Part shown: positions 16,704 through 24,993 of the stretch, in pieces
How positions within the stretch are numbered: the first letter of the stretch is position 1
Layout: every line of letters starts with the position of its first letter
IMG/VR virus record: IMGVR_UViG_3300020192_000047
Coordinates: 1-33,549 of that record
Source of the DNA: a virus
Taxonomy: Duplodnaviria > Caudoviricetes
Direction: 5' to 3' (one strand)
DNA length: 33,549 bases
Made by a program: the position numbers and the translations under genes
The notes under the pieces: model-generated
Seen by the model: the letters and a program-made list of their open reading frames with translations, nothing else
What the model was told of the DNA's origin: nothing
Databases searched by the model: none

Positions 16704-17291
16704 ATGACGGACGCACCATTCGGCTTCCAAGCCATTCGCAATCTTCACGGAGGTCAGCCCCGCGCCCGCGTCTATCGCGTCACGGCGACCGGCAACCAGA
16801 CTGGAATCGCGGTCGGCGATCCCGTCGAACTCAACGGCGCCGGCCTCGGCATCGCCAGGCTCAGCGCGGGGTCGATCGCCACCCGTCGATGCCTTGGAGT
16901 TATCTCCGAGCTTTACAACGACTCCGGGCGACCCCTTACCTTCACGCAGCCGACAAACGGGCCATTCCTGCCCGCAGCGGTGGCGGGATGGGCGACGGTC
17001 TACGACAGCCAGGCTACTACATTTATCGTCCAGTGCGACGCTTCGGCGGCTGAGACGATGGTGGGCAAGTACGTCTCCCTCACCGGCAACGCCATCAACA
17101 CGGCGGCCGGAACATCCCAGATGATGGTCAAGGTGGCTTCCGCCGACACCAGCATCAAGGCGTTCCAGGTCATCGGTATCTCCCCGACTGAGCGTCAGGG
17201 TCTCGGCTCGTATGCCCTGGCCTCGGCGTGGGGCAACGCGGGTATCGATGTCGAAGTGCGCATTGCGCTTCACGCCTTTACCAGCTCGTAA
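16704..17291 (+). CDS. Minor capsid / cement protein
   Basis: DAPFGF N-terminus, IAVGDPV, beta-rich; immediately upstream of the major capsid gene; GGGAG RBS. Confidence 0.7.
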   Translation: MTDAPFGFQAIRNLHGGQPRARVYRVTATGNQTGIAVGDPVELNGAGLGIARLSAGSIATRRCLGVISELYNDSGRPLTFTQPTNGPFLPAAVAGWATVYDSQATTFIVQCDASAAETMVGKYVSLTGNAINTAAGTSQMMVKVASADTSIKAFQVIGISPTERQGLGSYALASAWGNAGIDVEVRIALHAFTSS

Positions 17292-17306
17292 GGGAGGAAT
17301 TTCCCC

Positions 17307-18197
17307 ATGACCACAGGACAAGGCAACCTCCCGGAACTCCTCTGGCCCGGCATCAGCACGATCTGGGCGAACACCTATAAGCGCTATCCTCCGTTGTGGA
17401 AGCGCTTGATGATCCTGCGCAAGGCCACCAAGGCCTTCGAAAAAGAGCAGGGCGTCACCGGCTTCGGCGCTGCCGGCGAGAAGGACCACGCGGACTCGGT
17501 CGCGTTTGTGGACATCCTTCAGGGCTTTCAGCGCGAATACATCATGTTGACCTACGCGCTCGGCACGACCATCACGCGAGAGCTGATGGAAGACGAGCAG
17601 TACAACGTGATCAACAACGTCCCGGCCATGCTCGCGGAGTCGATGCGGCAGGCCGAGGAAATCGTCTCCGCTGCGGTGTTCAACCTCGGCTTCTCGACGA
17701 TGCTCACGGCCGACGGAATCGCGTTCTTCGCGTCAAACCACCCGAATGTTCGCGGTGGAACGCAGCGCAACATCCCGTCGGTCGCGGCCGACCTCACACA
17801 GGCCAGCCTCGAGCAGGCTTATATCGACATCATGGACTGGCAGGACGACTCGCTTCTCAAGATCAACTTGATGCCTGAGAAGCTCGCGGTCGCGCCCACC
17901 AATCGCTTCATTGCCGAGAAGATCCTCGGCACGAAGTTCGCTGTCGGTTCCGCCGACAACGACATAAACCCGATGGCTGGAGCAGTGGAACTGATCGTCA
18001 ACCCGTTCTTCACGGACCCTGACGCCTGGTTCCTCCTGACCAACGCCAAGGCGGGCGCGACGTTCTACCGTCGTCGCAATGCCGAGATCACGCGCGACAA
18101 CGAGTTCGACACCGAGATCTTGAAGACCAAGACCACGGGTCGGTTCGGCGTCGGCGTGACTGATTGGAGATATTCTTATGCGTCGGCCGGAGCCTGA
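17307..18197 (+). CDS. Major capsid protein (HK97 fold, Mu gpT-like family)
   Basis: Strong GGGAGG RBS. LLWPG, KAFEKE...GFG, ITRELMEDEQY, DGIAFFASNHP, GSADNDINP, FTDPDAWFL, DWRYSY. Confidence 0.9.
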   Translation: MTTGQGNLPELLWPGISTIWANTYKRYPPLWKRLMILRKATKAFEKEQGVTGFGAAGEKDHADSVAFVDILQGFQREYIMLTYALGTTITRELMEDEQYNVINNVPAMLAESMRQAEEIVSAAVFNLGFSTMLTADGIAFFASNHPNVRGGTQRNIPSVAADLTQASLEQAYIDIMDWQDDSLLKINLMPEKLAVAPTNRFIAEKILGTKFAVGSADNDINPMAGAVELIVNPFFTDPDAWFLLTNAKAGATFYRRRNAEITRDNEFDTEILKTKTTGRFGVGVTDWRYSYASAGA

Positions 18198-18202
18198 CCC
18201 CA

Positions 18203-18268
18203 CTTTGTTATGGGTTATAACAAAGCGGCGATAGCGGTAAGAGGGGCTCCCATCAAACGGAGCCCCTC
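18203..18268 (+). promoter_or_regulatory. Two adjacent hairpins after the capsid gene (terminator and/or promoter with RBS-sequestering stem)
   Basis: CTTTGTTAT/ATAACAAAG (18203-18225) overlaps TATAAC. Perfect 10-bp stem GAGGGGCTCC/GGAGCCCCTC (18241-18268) ends directly at ATG 18269. Confidence 0.6.
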
Positions 18269-18516
18269 ATGCTTTGCAAAGTCGAAAACTGCACGGCATC
18301 ACCATGTCGCCATGCACGATCGCCAGAAGGGCCTTTGCGCGAGGCCCCGAGGAGACGATCATTCGCGGCAAAAAGATCGCCCTTGTTGTCGACCATTGCC
18401 ATGAGACCGGGAAGGTTCGGGGCCTTCTCTGCCGTCCTTGGGGAGTAGGGGCCTTGCGGCACAGCGAGGCGCTGCTAGCCTCAGCCATCGCATTCCTAGG
18501 TCCGGATAGGGACTGA
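18269..18516 (+). pseudogene. Decayed endonuclease VII-family (HNH-type) free-standing endonuclease
   Basis: Motif pieces lie in different frames: MLCKVENC; KLHGIT; AMHDRQKGLCA; LVVDHCHETGKVRGLLCRP...LLASAIAFL. The CN after GLLCxx is lost. Confidence 0.8.
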
Positions 18517-18591
18517 ATGGCTGGGAAGGCTCCGCGATGCAGTTCGCAACGCGGTTGAAGGTCCCAGCCCCACTCTTTTGAAGGAACTCCA

Positions 18592-20040
18592 ATGCCCGTC
18601 CCATACAAGACGCAATTCCAAGGCCCGATCATGTCGGGCATCGATACCGGAGTCCCCACCACGCGTACGGTCGCGGGCTTGCGCTTCACGACGCTGACCA
18701 CGGTTCAGAGCGCCCCGGTCACGGGCCTGCTATGCGCCACTCTCCCAGGCGACGCGGTGTTGCAGGAAATCAACATCATGTCCCGCACCGCTCTCGCCGG
18801 TGAGGCCATTTGCAGGTTCGCGACGACGGCGGACGGCACCAATAACCTCGGCCAGGTTACGGTTTCCGCGCGAGGGAAATATGCGGTCGCGATGACAACC
18901 GCGATGGTGGCGCTGCCGTTGGGGAGGACCTCCCCAAGCGCAGGCACCACGAATGTCTTTTTCTCGACCGGGGCAACCTCCGGTTCGCTGGCACCCCTGG
19001 GTCCGGGCGCCGTCATCGAGGTCATCTATACGCGTCTTGATCTTTCCCGCGACCCGACCCAGGGCAACTTCGGCTACAAGGAGCAGGCCACGCATTTCAT
19101 CGGCCCGATTGCGTCCGGCATCGATCGCGGCACCGGGATTCTGTCGAGCACCATCGGCTACGCGCATCAGACTCAGCGCGCCATCCCCACGGCCGCGCCC
19201 GTGACCGCGCAACAGGTCGCGACCATCCCGATCGGCGGCCACATCACCAGCATTTCGATCGCGATCTCTGCTGCCCTCGGAGCGGAGGCGCTGGTCCGCT
19301 TCAGCACGCTCAACGACGGCGGCGACAATCTCGGCTCGGTCACGGTGTCCGGGACGGGGCGTTACTCCGCGCTGCTCGCGACGGCGATGCACACCCTCCC
19401 GTTTGCGCGCAACAACACCGGCTCGGCCGCCGCGGTCTACATGAGCATCCTCACGACCTCCGGCACGATCACGGCGCTGTCGACCACCATGGCGGTCGAG
19501 ACCAATTACACGCACTACGATGACCGCGCGGGCTTCCTTGGGCCGGTCGGGCAGAAGGCGACCACATTCAGGAATGCGCTCGGTAGCGGGATCAGGCGCG
19601 GGACATCCGAACCGCCCAAGGCGGCGGGTTGGGCGCGCTTCTCGCAAATGACCACGGTCTCCCCGAACACCGGCGGCGTCGTTTCGTCTCAGTTGATCGG
19701 CGTTCTGCCGGTGGGCGCGGCACTATTCGATATCGTTCTTTGCCTGCGCACGTCATTGGCCGGCGAAATGCGATCTCGCGCCGGCACCCCCAAGACCGGG
19801 CTGCCGGATTTCGCGTCCGATAATCTCGGGACGGCGTCGTGCTCGGCGGCCGGCCGGTATTCGCTCATCACCACCACAGCCAACTTCACCATTCCCGGCG
19901 GCGTCGTGCAGGGCTCGGATCTGCCGGTCTACGTCTCGCAGCACTCGCTGTCGGGTTCGATCTCGATCATGTCCACGCAATCGGTCTACGAGCTTGTCTA
20001 TGCCCGCATGGACCCTGCAATCTGGACAGGGAAGGAGTAA
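18592..20040 (+). CDS. Thr/Ser-rich virion decoration-like protein made of three tandem ~155-aa repeats
   Basis: AAGGA RBS. Repeated TxFxGPIxSGI, LPxGAxI, DNLGxVTVS..GRYS, VYxS..SGSI and ExxY motifs; located just after the capsid gene. Confidence 0.75.
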   Translation: MPVPYKTQFQGPIMSGIDTGVPTTRTVAGLRFTTLTTVQSAPVTGLLCATLPGDAVLQEINIMSRTALAGEAICRFATTADGTNNLGQVTVSARGKYAVAMTTAMVALPLGRTSPSAGTTNVFFSTGATSGSLAPLGPGAVIEVIYTRLDLSRDPTQGNFGYKEQATHFIGPIASGIDRGTGILSSTIGYAHQTQRAIPTAAPVTAQQVATIPIGGHITSISIAISAALGAEALVRFSTLNDGGDNLGSVTVSGTGRYSALLATAMHTLPFARNNTGSAAAVYMSILTTSGTITALSTTMAVETNYTHYDDRAGFLGPVGQKATTFRNALGSGIRRGTSEPPKAAGWARFSQMTTVSPNTGGVVSSQLIGVLPVGAALFDIVLCLRTSLAGEMRSRAGTPKTGLPDFASDNLGTASCSAAGRYSLITTTANFTIPGGVVQGSDLPVYVSQHSLSGSISIMSTQSVYELVYARMDPAIWTGKE

Positions 20041-20045
20041 CGGCG

Positions 20046-20390
20046 ATGCGCACCAAGCTCTTCGAGCATCAGGGCGCCGCCGGCGCCGGCACCGCATCGG
20101 CGACCTTCTATTGGCCGATCGACACCCACATCTACCCAAACTTCTCGGTCGCGTTCAACAAGACGGCCGGCGCCGGGCAGGCCACGGCGGTATCGGCGTC
20201 CTTCACGCAATACCCGGTGCTCTCGCGCAACGTGGCGTGCGCGACATGGACCAAGATTACCTCGGGCGCGATCAGTACCTTCAATGTGAACGTGCAGGAC
20301 GCCGTGTCGTGCTTCCGCTTCACGGTCCACACCTCGGGCGCCGGGACGTTTGCGTTCGCCGCCAATCAGGCCGGGTCGGAATACCGGTGA
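20046..20390 (+). CDS. Small beta-rich structural protein
   Basis: AAGGAG RBS then MRTKLFEHQGAAGAG...; Thr/Ala-rich, predicted all-beta; in the structural block. Confidence 0.65.
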   Translation: MRTKLFEHQGAAGAGTASATFYWPIDTHIYPNFSVAFNKTAGAGQATAVSASFTQYPVLSRNVACATWTKITSGAISTFNVNVQDAVSCFRFTVHTSGAGTFAFAANQAGSEYR

Positions 20391-20396
20391 TATCAG

Positions 20397-20774
20397 GTGG
20401 CCCGGTGGACAGAACGCAATCGCTGGCGGAAAGGACGCTGGCTCGTCCAGGATGACGAGTCCGGGTTCGTCCATTACTCCGATCAGGTGGTCCGACGTTG
20501 GGACGGGCTCTATGTGCGCAAGGATCAGAACGAGCCGATCGATCCGCAGTGGTTCATCACTGCCAAATCCGATCCCTCTCCTGTTCCGTTCGTGCGCCCG
20601 GAGACGCCTGCCGCCAAGTCATGCGTCACTGGCTCCCCCTACGATGCGGCCGGCAACCTCCGCCCGACCTTCCCCGGGTACGCCCTTTTCGTCGGCGCCA
20701 GCATCGGCACCATGGAAATCGCGTGCTCCTTCGTCGTCTTCCCTGACGGCGGCCCCTTCCCACCAAGCGGGTGA
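20397..20774 (+). CDS. Conserved neck-region hypothetical protein
   Basis: WLVQDDESGF...RWDGLYV...EPIDPQ...PVPFVRPE resembles a small protein common in this phage type. Confidence 0.65.
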   Translation: MARWTERNRWRKGRWLVQDDESGFVHYSDQVVRRWDGLYVRKDQNEPIDPQWFITAKSDPSPVPFVRPETPAAKSCVTGSPYDAAGNLRPTFPGYALFVGASIGTMEIACSFVVFPDGGPFPPSG

Positions 20775-20777
20775 TTC

Positions 20778-21470
20778 ATGGCCTCACAAGACAAAGCCAC
20801 CCTCAAGAGCGCGTTCGAGACCGGAGACGGCCCGACCGGCACCGACTTCGCAAACCTGATCGACTCGCAGCTCAACCTCGCGGAGACGACGGCGCAGACG
20901 ATCTCCGGCGCGGTCACGTTCGCCGGCGGCGTGACGTTCTCGGCGGTCTCGGCGGCAACGGTGGGCGGCGCCACGGGCACGTTCTCCATCCTCAACGCGA
21001 CGGCGGCCACGATCGTCACCCTCACGGCGACCGACTTGTTTGGCCTCGCGCGCGCGGAATGCTTCGCCGTCTCGAATGGGGTCGTCGCGGTCACCGCGCT
21101 CAACAGCTATGTCCAGGCCCAGGTCGGCACCTCGTCCGACGTCGCGCTCTCGCAGTTCACGCATAACGGTTCCGGCCGGCTGACCTATACCGGGCTCACG
21201 AACAAGGTCATTCAGGTGGAGGTCGATTTCACGATCACGCCGGTCACGGTCACGCAGATCGTCGAGGTCAGGCTCGGCAAGGATGGAGCATCGCTCGCTA
21301 AGAGCGGAATCCAGCTTCGCATGAGCACCAACTCGGCGGAGTTCGCGGGCCATATAGGGGCGATGGTGATGATGACGGCCAATTCGTACATTGAGCCCAT
21401 GATCTCCCCAACGCTCAATATCTCGAACGTTACCTTCACCAAGATGACCATGCGGGCGCGGGAGGTCTGA
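20778..21470 (+). CDS. Short fibre/spike protein (N-terminal anchor + C-terminal beta-sandwich)
   Basis: KATLKSAFETGDGPTGTDFANLIDS anchor motif, Thr/Ala-rich shaft, C1q/BclA-like beta-rich C-terminus. Confidence 0.7.
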   Translation: MASQDKATLKSAFETGDGPTGTDFANLIDSQLNLAETTAQTISGAVTFAGGVTFSAVSAATVGGATGTFSILNATAATIVTLTATDLFGLARAECFAVSNGVVAVTALNSYVQAQVGTSSDVALSQFTHNGSGRLTYTGLTNKVIQVEVDFTITPVTVTQIVEVRLGKDGASLAKSGIQLRMSTNSAEFAGHIGAMVMMTANSYIEPMISPTLNISNVTFTKMTMRAREV

Positions 21471-22187
21471 ATGCCGCTCTCCCCCTACATGACGGTTCTC
21501 GAAGTCGTAAACGAAGTGTTGGACTCGATGAAAGTCCGGCGTGTCACCGTGACGACGGCCAACCTGCTCACTAAGACGATGATCAACCAGCTCAACAGCG
21601 TGATCGAGGATCTCCTCGACATGGGGACGTGGAACGAGCTCACCGCATCGGCGGCCTTCACGCTGGTTTCCGGCGAGGCCGTCTATTCCGTGGCGACCAC
21701 CGCGAACGTGACCGCCAAGTGGTATATGCACTCGATCCAGGAGGTTTCCCTTTCGGGACGCGTGGCGCCGCTGGAGCCGATCGCCGACAAGGCCGAGTTT
21801 CGGATGCTGAGTCGCAATGGCTCATTTGGCACGCCGTCGCGCTACTGCATCGAGGGCATCGACAGCCTCAATAACCCGCGCGTCGGCATCTTCCCGCGCC
21901 CGAGCTCGAGGACGGCCGGGACGATCGCGCACGTCAAATTCCAGGCGCTCCCGCCACGGCTCGAGGCCAGCACCGACGACGGCGTGGTCGTGCCGTTCCC
22001 CGGCCGCGTGCTGGTCGCCGGCCTGCTCGCCGCGACCATCCTGGACGAAGCCGGCGGCGCCCCAACCGAGCAATACAAAATGCAAATGGGCCGCTACATG
22101 AAGCTGGCCAACTCGTCGTTGGGGAGGCAGTCGGCCAAGACCGGGGAGTTCACCCGGTTCCAGCCCGGCATGACGAGCCGTAGCTGA
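21471..22187 (+). CDS. Head-tail adaptor (tail tubular protein A-like)
   Basis: MTVLEVVNEVL, TLVSGEAVYS, GTPSRY, IFPRP motifs; lies just before the nozzle gene; GGAGG RBS. Confidence 0.75.
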   Translation: MPLSPYMTVLEVVNEVLDSMKVRRVTVTTANLLTKTMINQLNSVIEDLLDMGTWNELTASAAFTLVSGEAVYSVATTANVTAKWYMHSIQEVSLSGRVAPLEPIADKAEFRMLSRNGSFGTPSRYCIEGIDSLNNPRVGIFPRPSSRTAGTIAHVKFQALPPRLEASTDDGVVVPFPGRVLVAGLLAATILDEAGGAPTEQYKMQMGRYMKLANSSLGRQSAKTGEFTRFQPGMTSRS

Positions 22188-22241
22188 TATGGGCGAGCTA
22201 CAGATCCTTGCCACATCAGACAAACACCGGAGCATTTAGCA

Positions 22242-24323
22242 ATGTGTTCGGAGCGCATTTATGAAGTGGCCAAGCGCGGGCTCGCAACCAACTTCACCGA
22301 GACGGAGATCCCGCTCGACTACGCGACGCGGTTTCGGAACAGGTTTATTAACGCCGCCGGCGGCGCCGAGAAGCGCCAGGGAACCGCTGCGCTCACGGCG
22401 CGGCTCCCCGACGCCGGCATTGTCACCGGCATTCATGAATACGTGGAGAAGGATGGCGTTGCGACGCTGTTCGCATCCTCCGATGGCAAGGTCTACCGCA
22501 ACGATGGCGCGTCCTGGACGCTGATCTACACATTCACGACCGCCGCGCCCGTGCGCGCCGTGCAGTTCTCCGAAAAGCTGACGTTCTGGAATGGGCATGA
22601 TCGCCAAGTCTACATCAACGCCGCGAGCGCCGTTCCCCAAACGCTGAAGGCGTTGATGGAGCAGGGCTACACCACGGCCGGCACATCCGCCCAGGCGCTC
22701 ACGGATGCGGACATCACGAATTGGGCGAGCCAGACCTTCGCGACGATCGGCGACGTGGTGTTCAACGTCAAACACAACACCTATGGCATCATCACCGCCG
22801 TCACGTCCGTCCGCGTCACCCATACGCCGATGTCCGCGCTCGCGCTGGGCTTCGGCAACACCGTGTCTCCGGTTTCCGGGGTCGGCATCGGCGGGGAGCC
22901 GACGACCGGCGAAACCTACGAAATGTACGACTCGATCGAGCTCAACATCGTCGATGACGGCGGCATCCCCGACAACGTGGCCACGATCGTTTCGACGACC
23001 ACGGGCGCGGCCAACACCTACATCGCGGTCTCCGCCGATCGCGTCCCCAACTGGCTCAACACCGAGGCCCGCGTCGGCGACATCGTGCAGAACACCACCA
23101 AGAATTGTGGGATGTTCATCACCTCAATCCTCTCCTCGGGGATCTTCGTGCAGCCGCGCGTGGCGACGACATCGGCGGGCGATTCCCTGATCTTCCTCAA
23201 GAGCGCCATGCCGATCGCGGACTGGATTCATGTCCATTACGGCCGGGCATGGATGATCGACTCGCGCAATCCCCGCAGCATCATCGCCTCCGGCGCCAAC
23301 GACATCCAGGACTTCACCGTCGATTCGACATCCCTCGATAGCGTGACCGTGGCGATCGGGGCGCAGCAGCCGGGCGCCGATCCGGCGAAATCGCTGGCGA
23401 CGTTCCAGACCTATCTGATCGTCGGCACCGAGAAAAACGTCTTCGCGTTCTCCGGCGTCACGCCGAGCGCGTTGACCCCCGCCGGCCTGTTCCCGCAGGG
23501 GATCGTGTCGCCCGATGCGTTCGTCAACACCGGCAACGATCTCGCGTTCGTGTCCCCGGACGGGCTTCTCAGCATGAGCCTGCTCGTGAACACCTCGAAC
23601 TTGCAGCGCAGCAATCTGTCGGAGCAGCTCAAGAACACGCTGCGCACGATCATCAAGGAAGTGGCGAGCTCGACCCTCGACAACCGGTTGATCCAGGTCG
23701 TCAACTATCAACGGCGGAGCTGGATTCTCGTCAAGATCGCGTCCGTAATCTACGTCTACAACTACGCGAACTTCGTACTCGAGGACGGGCGTGTCGCGGC
23801 GGGGGCGAGCTGGTCCGACTTCGACGGCGGCATCGGCGCCTATCGCTCGATGTTCGTGCGCCACAATGCCGATATCGTGTTCGGGGGCAGCAACGGGAAG
23901 ATCCTGACATTCGACCAAGGGATCTACTCCGACGACGGCGAGCCCTACGAGACCGAATACCAGCCGGGCTGGCTGACGCTCGAGGAGCCCAAGAAAAGCA
24001 CCCGCGTCAAGACCGGCAGCTACATCCTCCCCAACTACGAGGTCGGTGGGAAAACGGTCTACACGATCGAAGCGGTCGGCGATTTCGAGCAGCTCTCGGT
24101 GGACTCCGTGACCGTCACGGCGGCCGACGACATCGGTGGCCGCCCCATTGGGACATTCATCATCGGAACCGATACCATCGGCAAGGGCCGGACTGTCGGC
24201 CAGAAGACTCCCCTGCGGTGGCGGGGCCAGAATTTTCGGGTGTCATTCCGCACCAAGGACGCGGTTGGTCCAGACGTTCTCGCCGGATTCACGATCTACG
24301 GCCAAGTACACGGGAGAAGCTGA
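22242..24323 (+). CDS. Tail nozzle / tubular protein B (P22 gp10 / T7 gp12-like)
   Basis: 693 aa beta-propeller-like sequence (GGAEKRQG, HYGRAW, NDLAFVSPDGL, NLSEQL); located between the adaptor and the ejection genes. Confidence 0.8.
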   Translation: MCSERIYEVAKRGLATNFTETEIPLDYATRFRNRFINAAGGAEKRQGTAALTARLPDAGIVTGIHEYVEKDGVATLFASSDGKVYRNDGASWTLIYTFTTAAPVRAVQFSEKLTFWNGHDRQVYINAASAVPQTLKALMEQGYTTAGTSAQALTDADITNWASQTFATIGDVVFNVKHNTYGIITAVTSVRVTHTPMSALALGFGNTVSPVSGVGIGGEPTTGETYEMYDSIELNIVDDGGIPDNVATIVSTTTGAANTYIAVSADRVPNWLNTEARVGDIVQNTTKNCGMFITSILSSGIFVQPRVATTSAGDSLIFLKSAMPIADWIHVHYGRAWMIDSRNPRSIIASGANDIQDFTVDSTSLDSVTVAIGAQQPGADPAKSLATFQTYLIVGTEKNVFAFSGVTPSALTPAGLFPQGIVSPDAFVNTGNDLAFVSPDGLLSMSLLVNTSNLQRSNLSEQLKNTLRTIIKEVASSTLDNRLIQVVNYQRRSWILVKIASVIYVYNYANFVLEDGRVAAGASWSDFDGGIGAYRSMFVRHNADIVFGGSNGKILTFDQGIYSDDGEPYETEYQPGWLTLEEPKKSTRVKTGSYILPNYEVGGKTVYTIEAVGDFEQLSVDSVTVTAADDIGGRPIGTFIIGTDTIGKGRTVGQKTPLRWRGQNFRVSFRTKDAVGPDVLAGFTIYGQVHGRS

Positions 24324-24324
24324 C

Positions 24325-24993
24325 ATGGGCATGTTCGATTTCGCGGGCGACCTTCTCGGGATCGGGCAAGCCGTGTCCGGGATCGCCGGGATGTTCGGGC
24401 GCCGGAAGGAAAATCAGGGCGAGGAGGCCTCCAGCGAGGCGCTTACCCGATCGATGGCCCTGTCCGCGGCGCTGTCCGACCCCAACAACGCGCAACGCAT
24501 GGGTATCGCCAACACCAAGCTGCAACAGCAGCGCGACGCCCGGCTGCGGGGCATCCAGGATTTCATCCAGGCCGAGACACGCGCCGCGCGCCGCAATCCG
24601 AACGGGCCGACGTTCATCGCCCGCAATCCCCGCCGCGACGAGGCGGTGGCCCGCGCGTTCATGACCGCCGGGCAAAACGAGTGGGCCGACGCCGACGACG
24701 CGGCGAAGGCGGATCTCGCCACTGCGCTCTCCGGCCAGCTTCAATCCGGCGGATTCGCGCAGCGCCAGATCCCGTTCCAGTGGGAAGGCCAGCAGCGCCG
24801 CGACAGTGTGCTCCCCGGGGTGTTCGGCGCCGGCCGCGATCTCGCCGGAGCCTTGGGGAGGAGTTGGGGAGGCATGTCGTCCCCGGTCTCGGCGGACATC
24901 AACAATTATCGTGGCGGTTACGGTGGCGATTACGGCCCGCGCGGGGGTGACGCCTGGGGCGACGGCGGGCAGAGCATGCTGGAGTGGCGGTGA
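24325..24993 (+). CDS. DNA ejection / pilot protein 1 (putative)
   Basis: Amphipathic Gly/Ala-rich N-terminus (LLGIGQAVSGIAGMFG), Gln/Ala-rich helices; first of three genes of increasing size after the nozzle. Confidence 0.65.
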   Translation: MGMFDFAGDLLGIGQAVSGIAGMFGRRKENQGEEASSEALTRSMALSAALSDPNNAQRMGIANTKLQQQRDARLRGIQDFIQAETRAARRNPNGPTFIARNPRRDEAVARAFMTAGQNEWADADDAAKADLATALSGQLQSGGFAQRQIPFQWEGQQRRDSVLPGVFGAGRDLAGALGRSWGGMSSPVSADINNYRGGYGGDYGPRGGDAWGDGGQSMLEWR

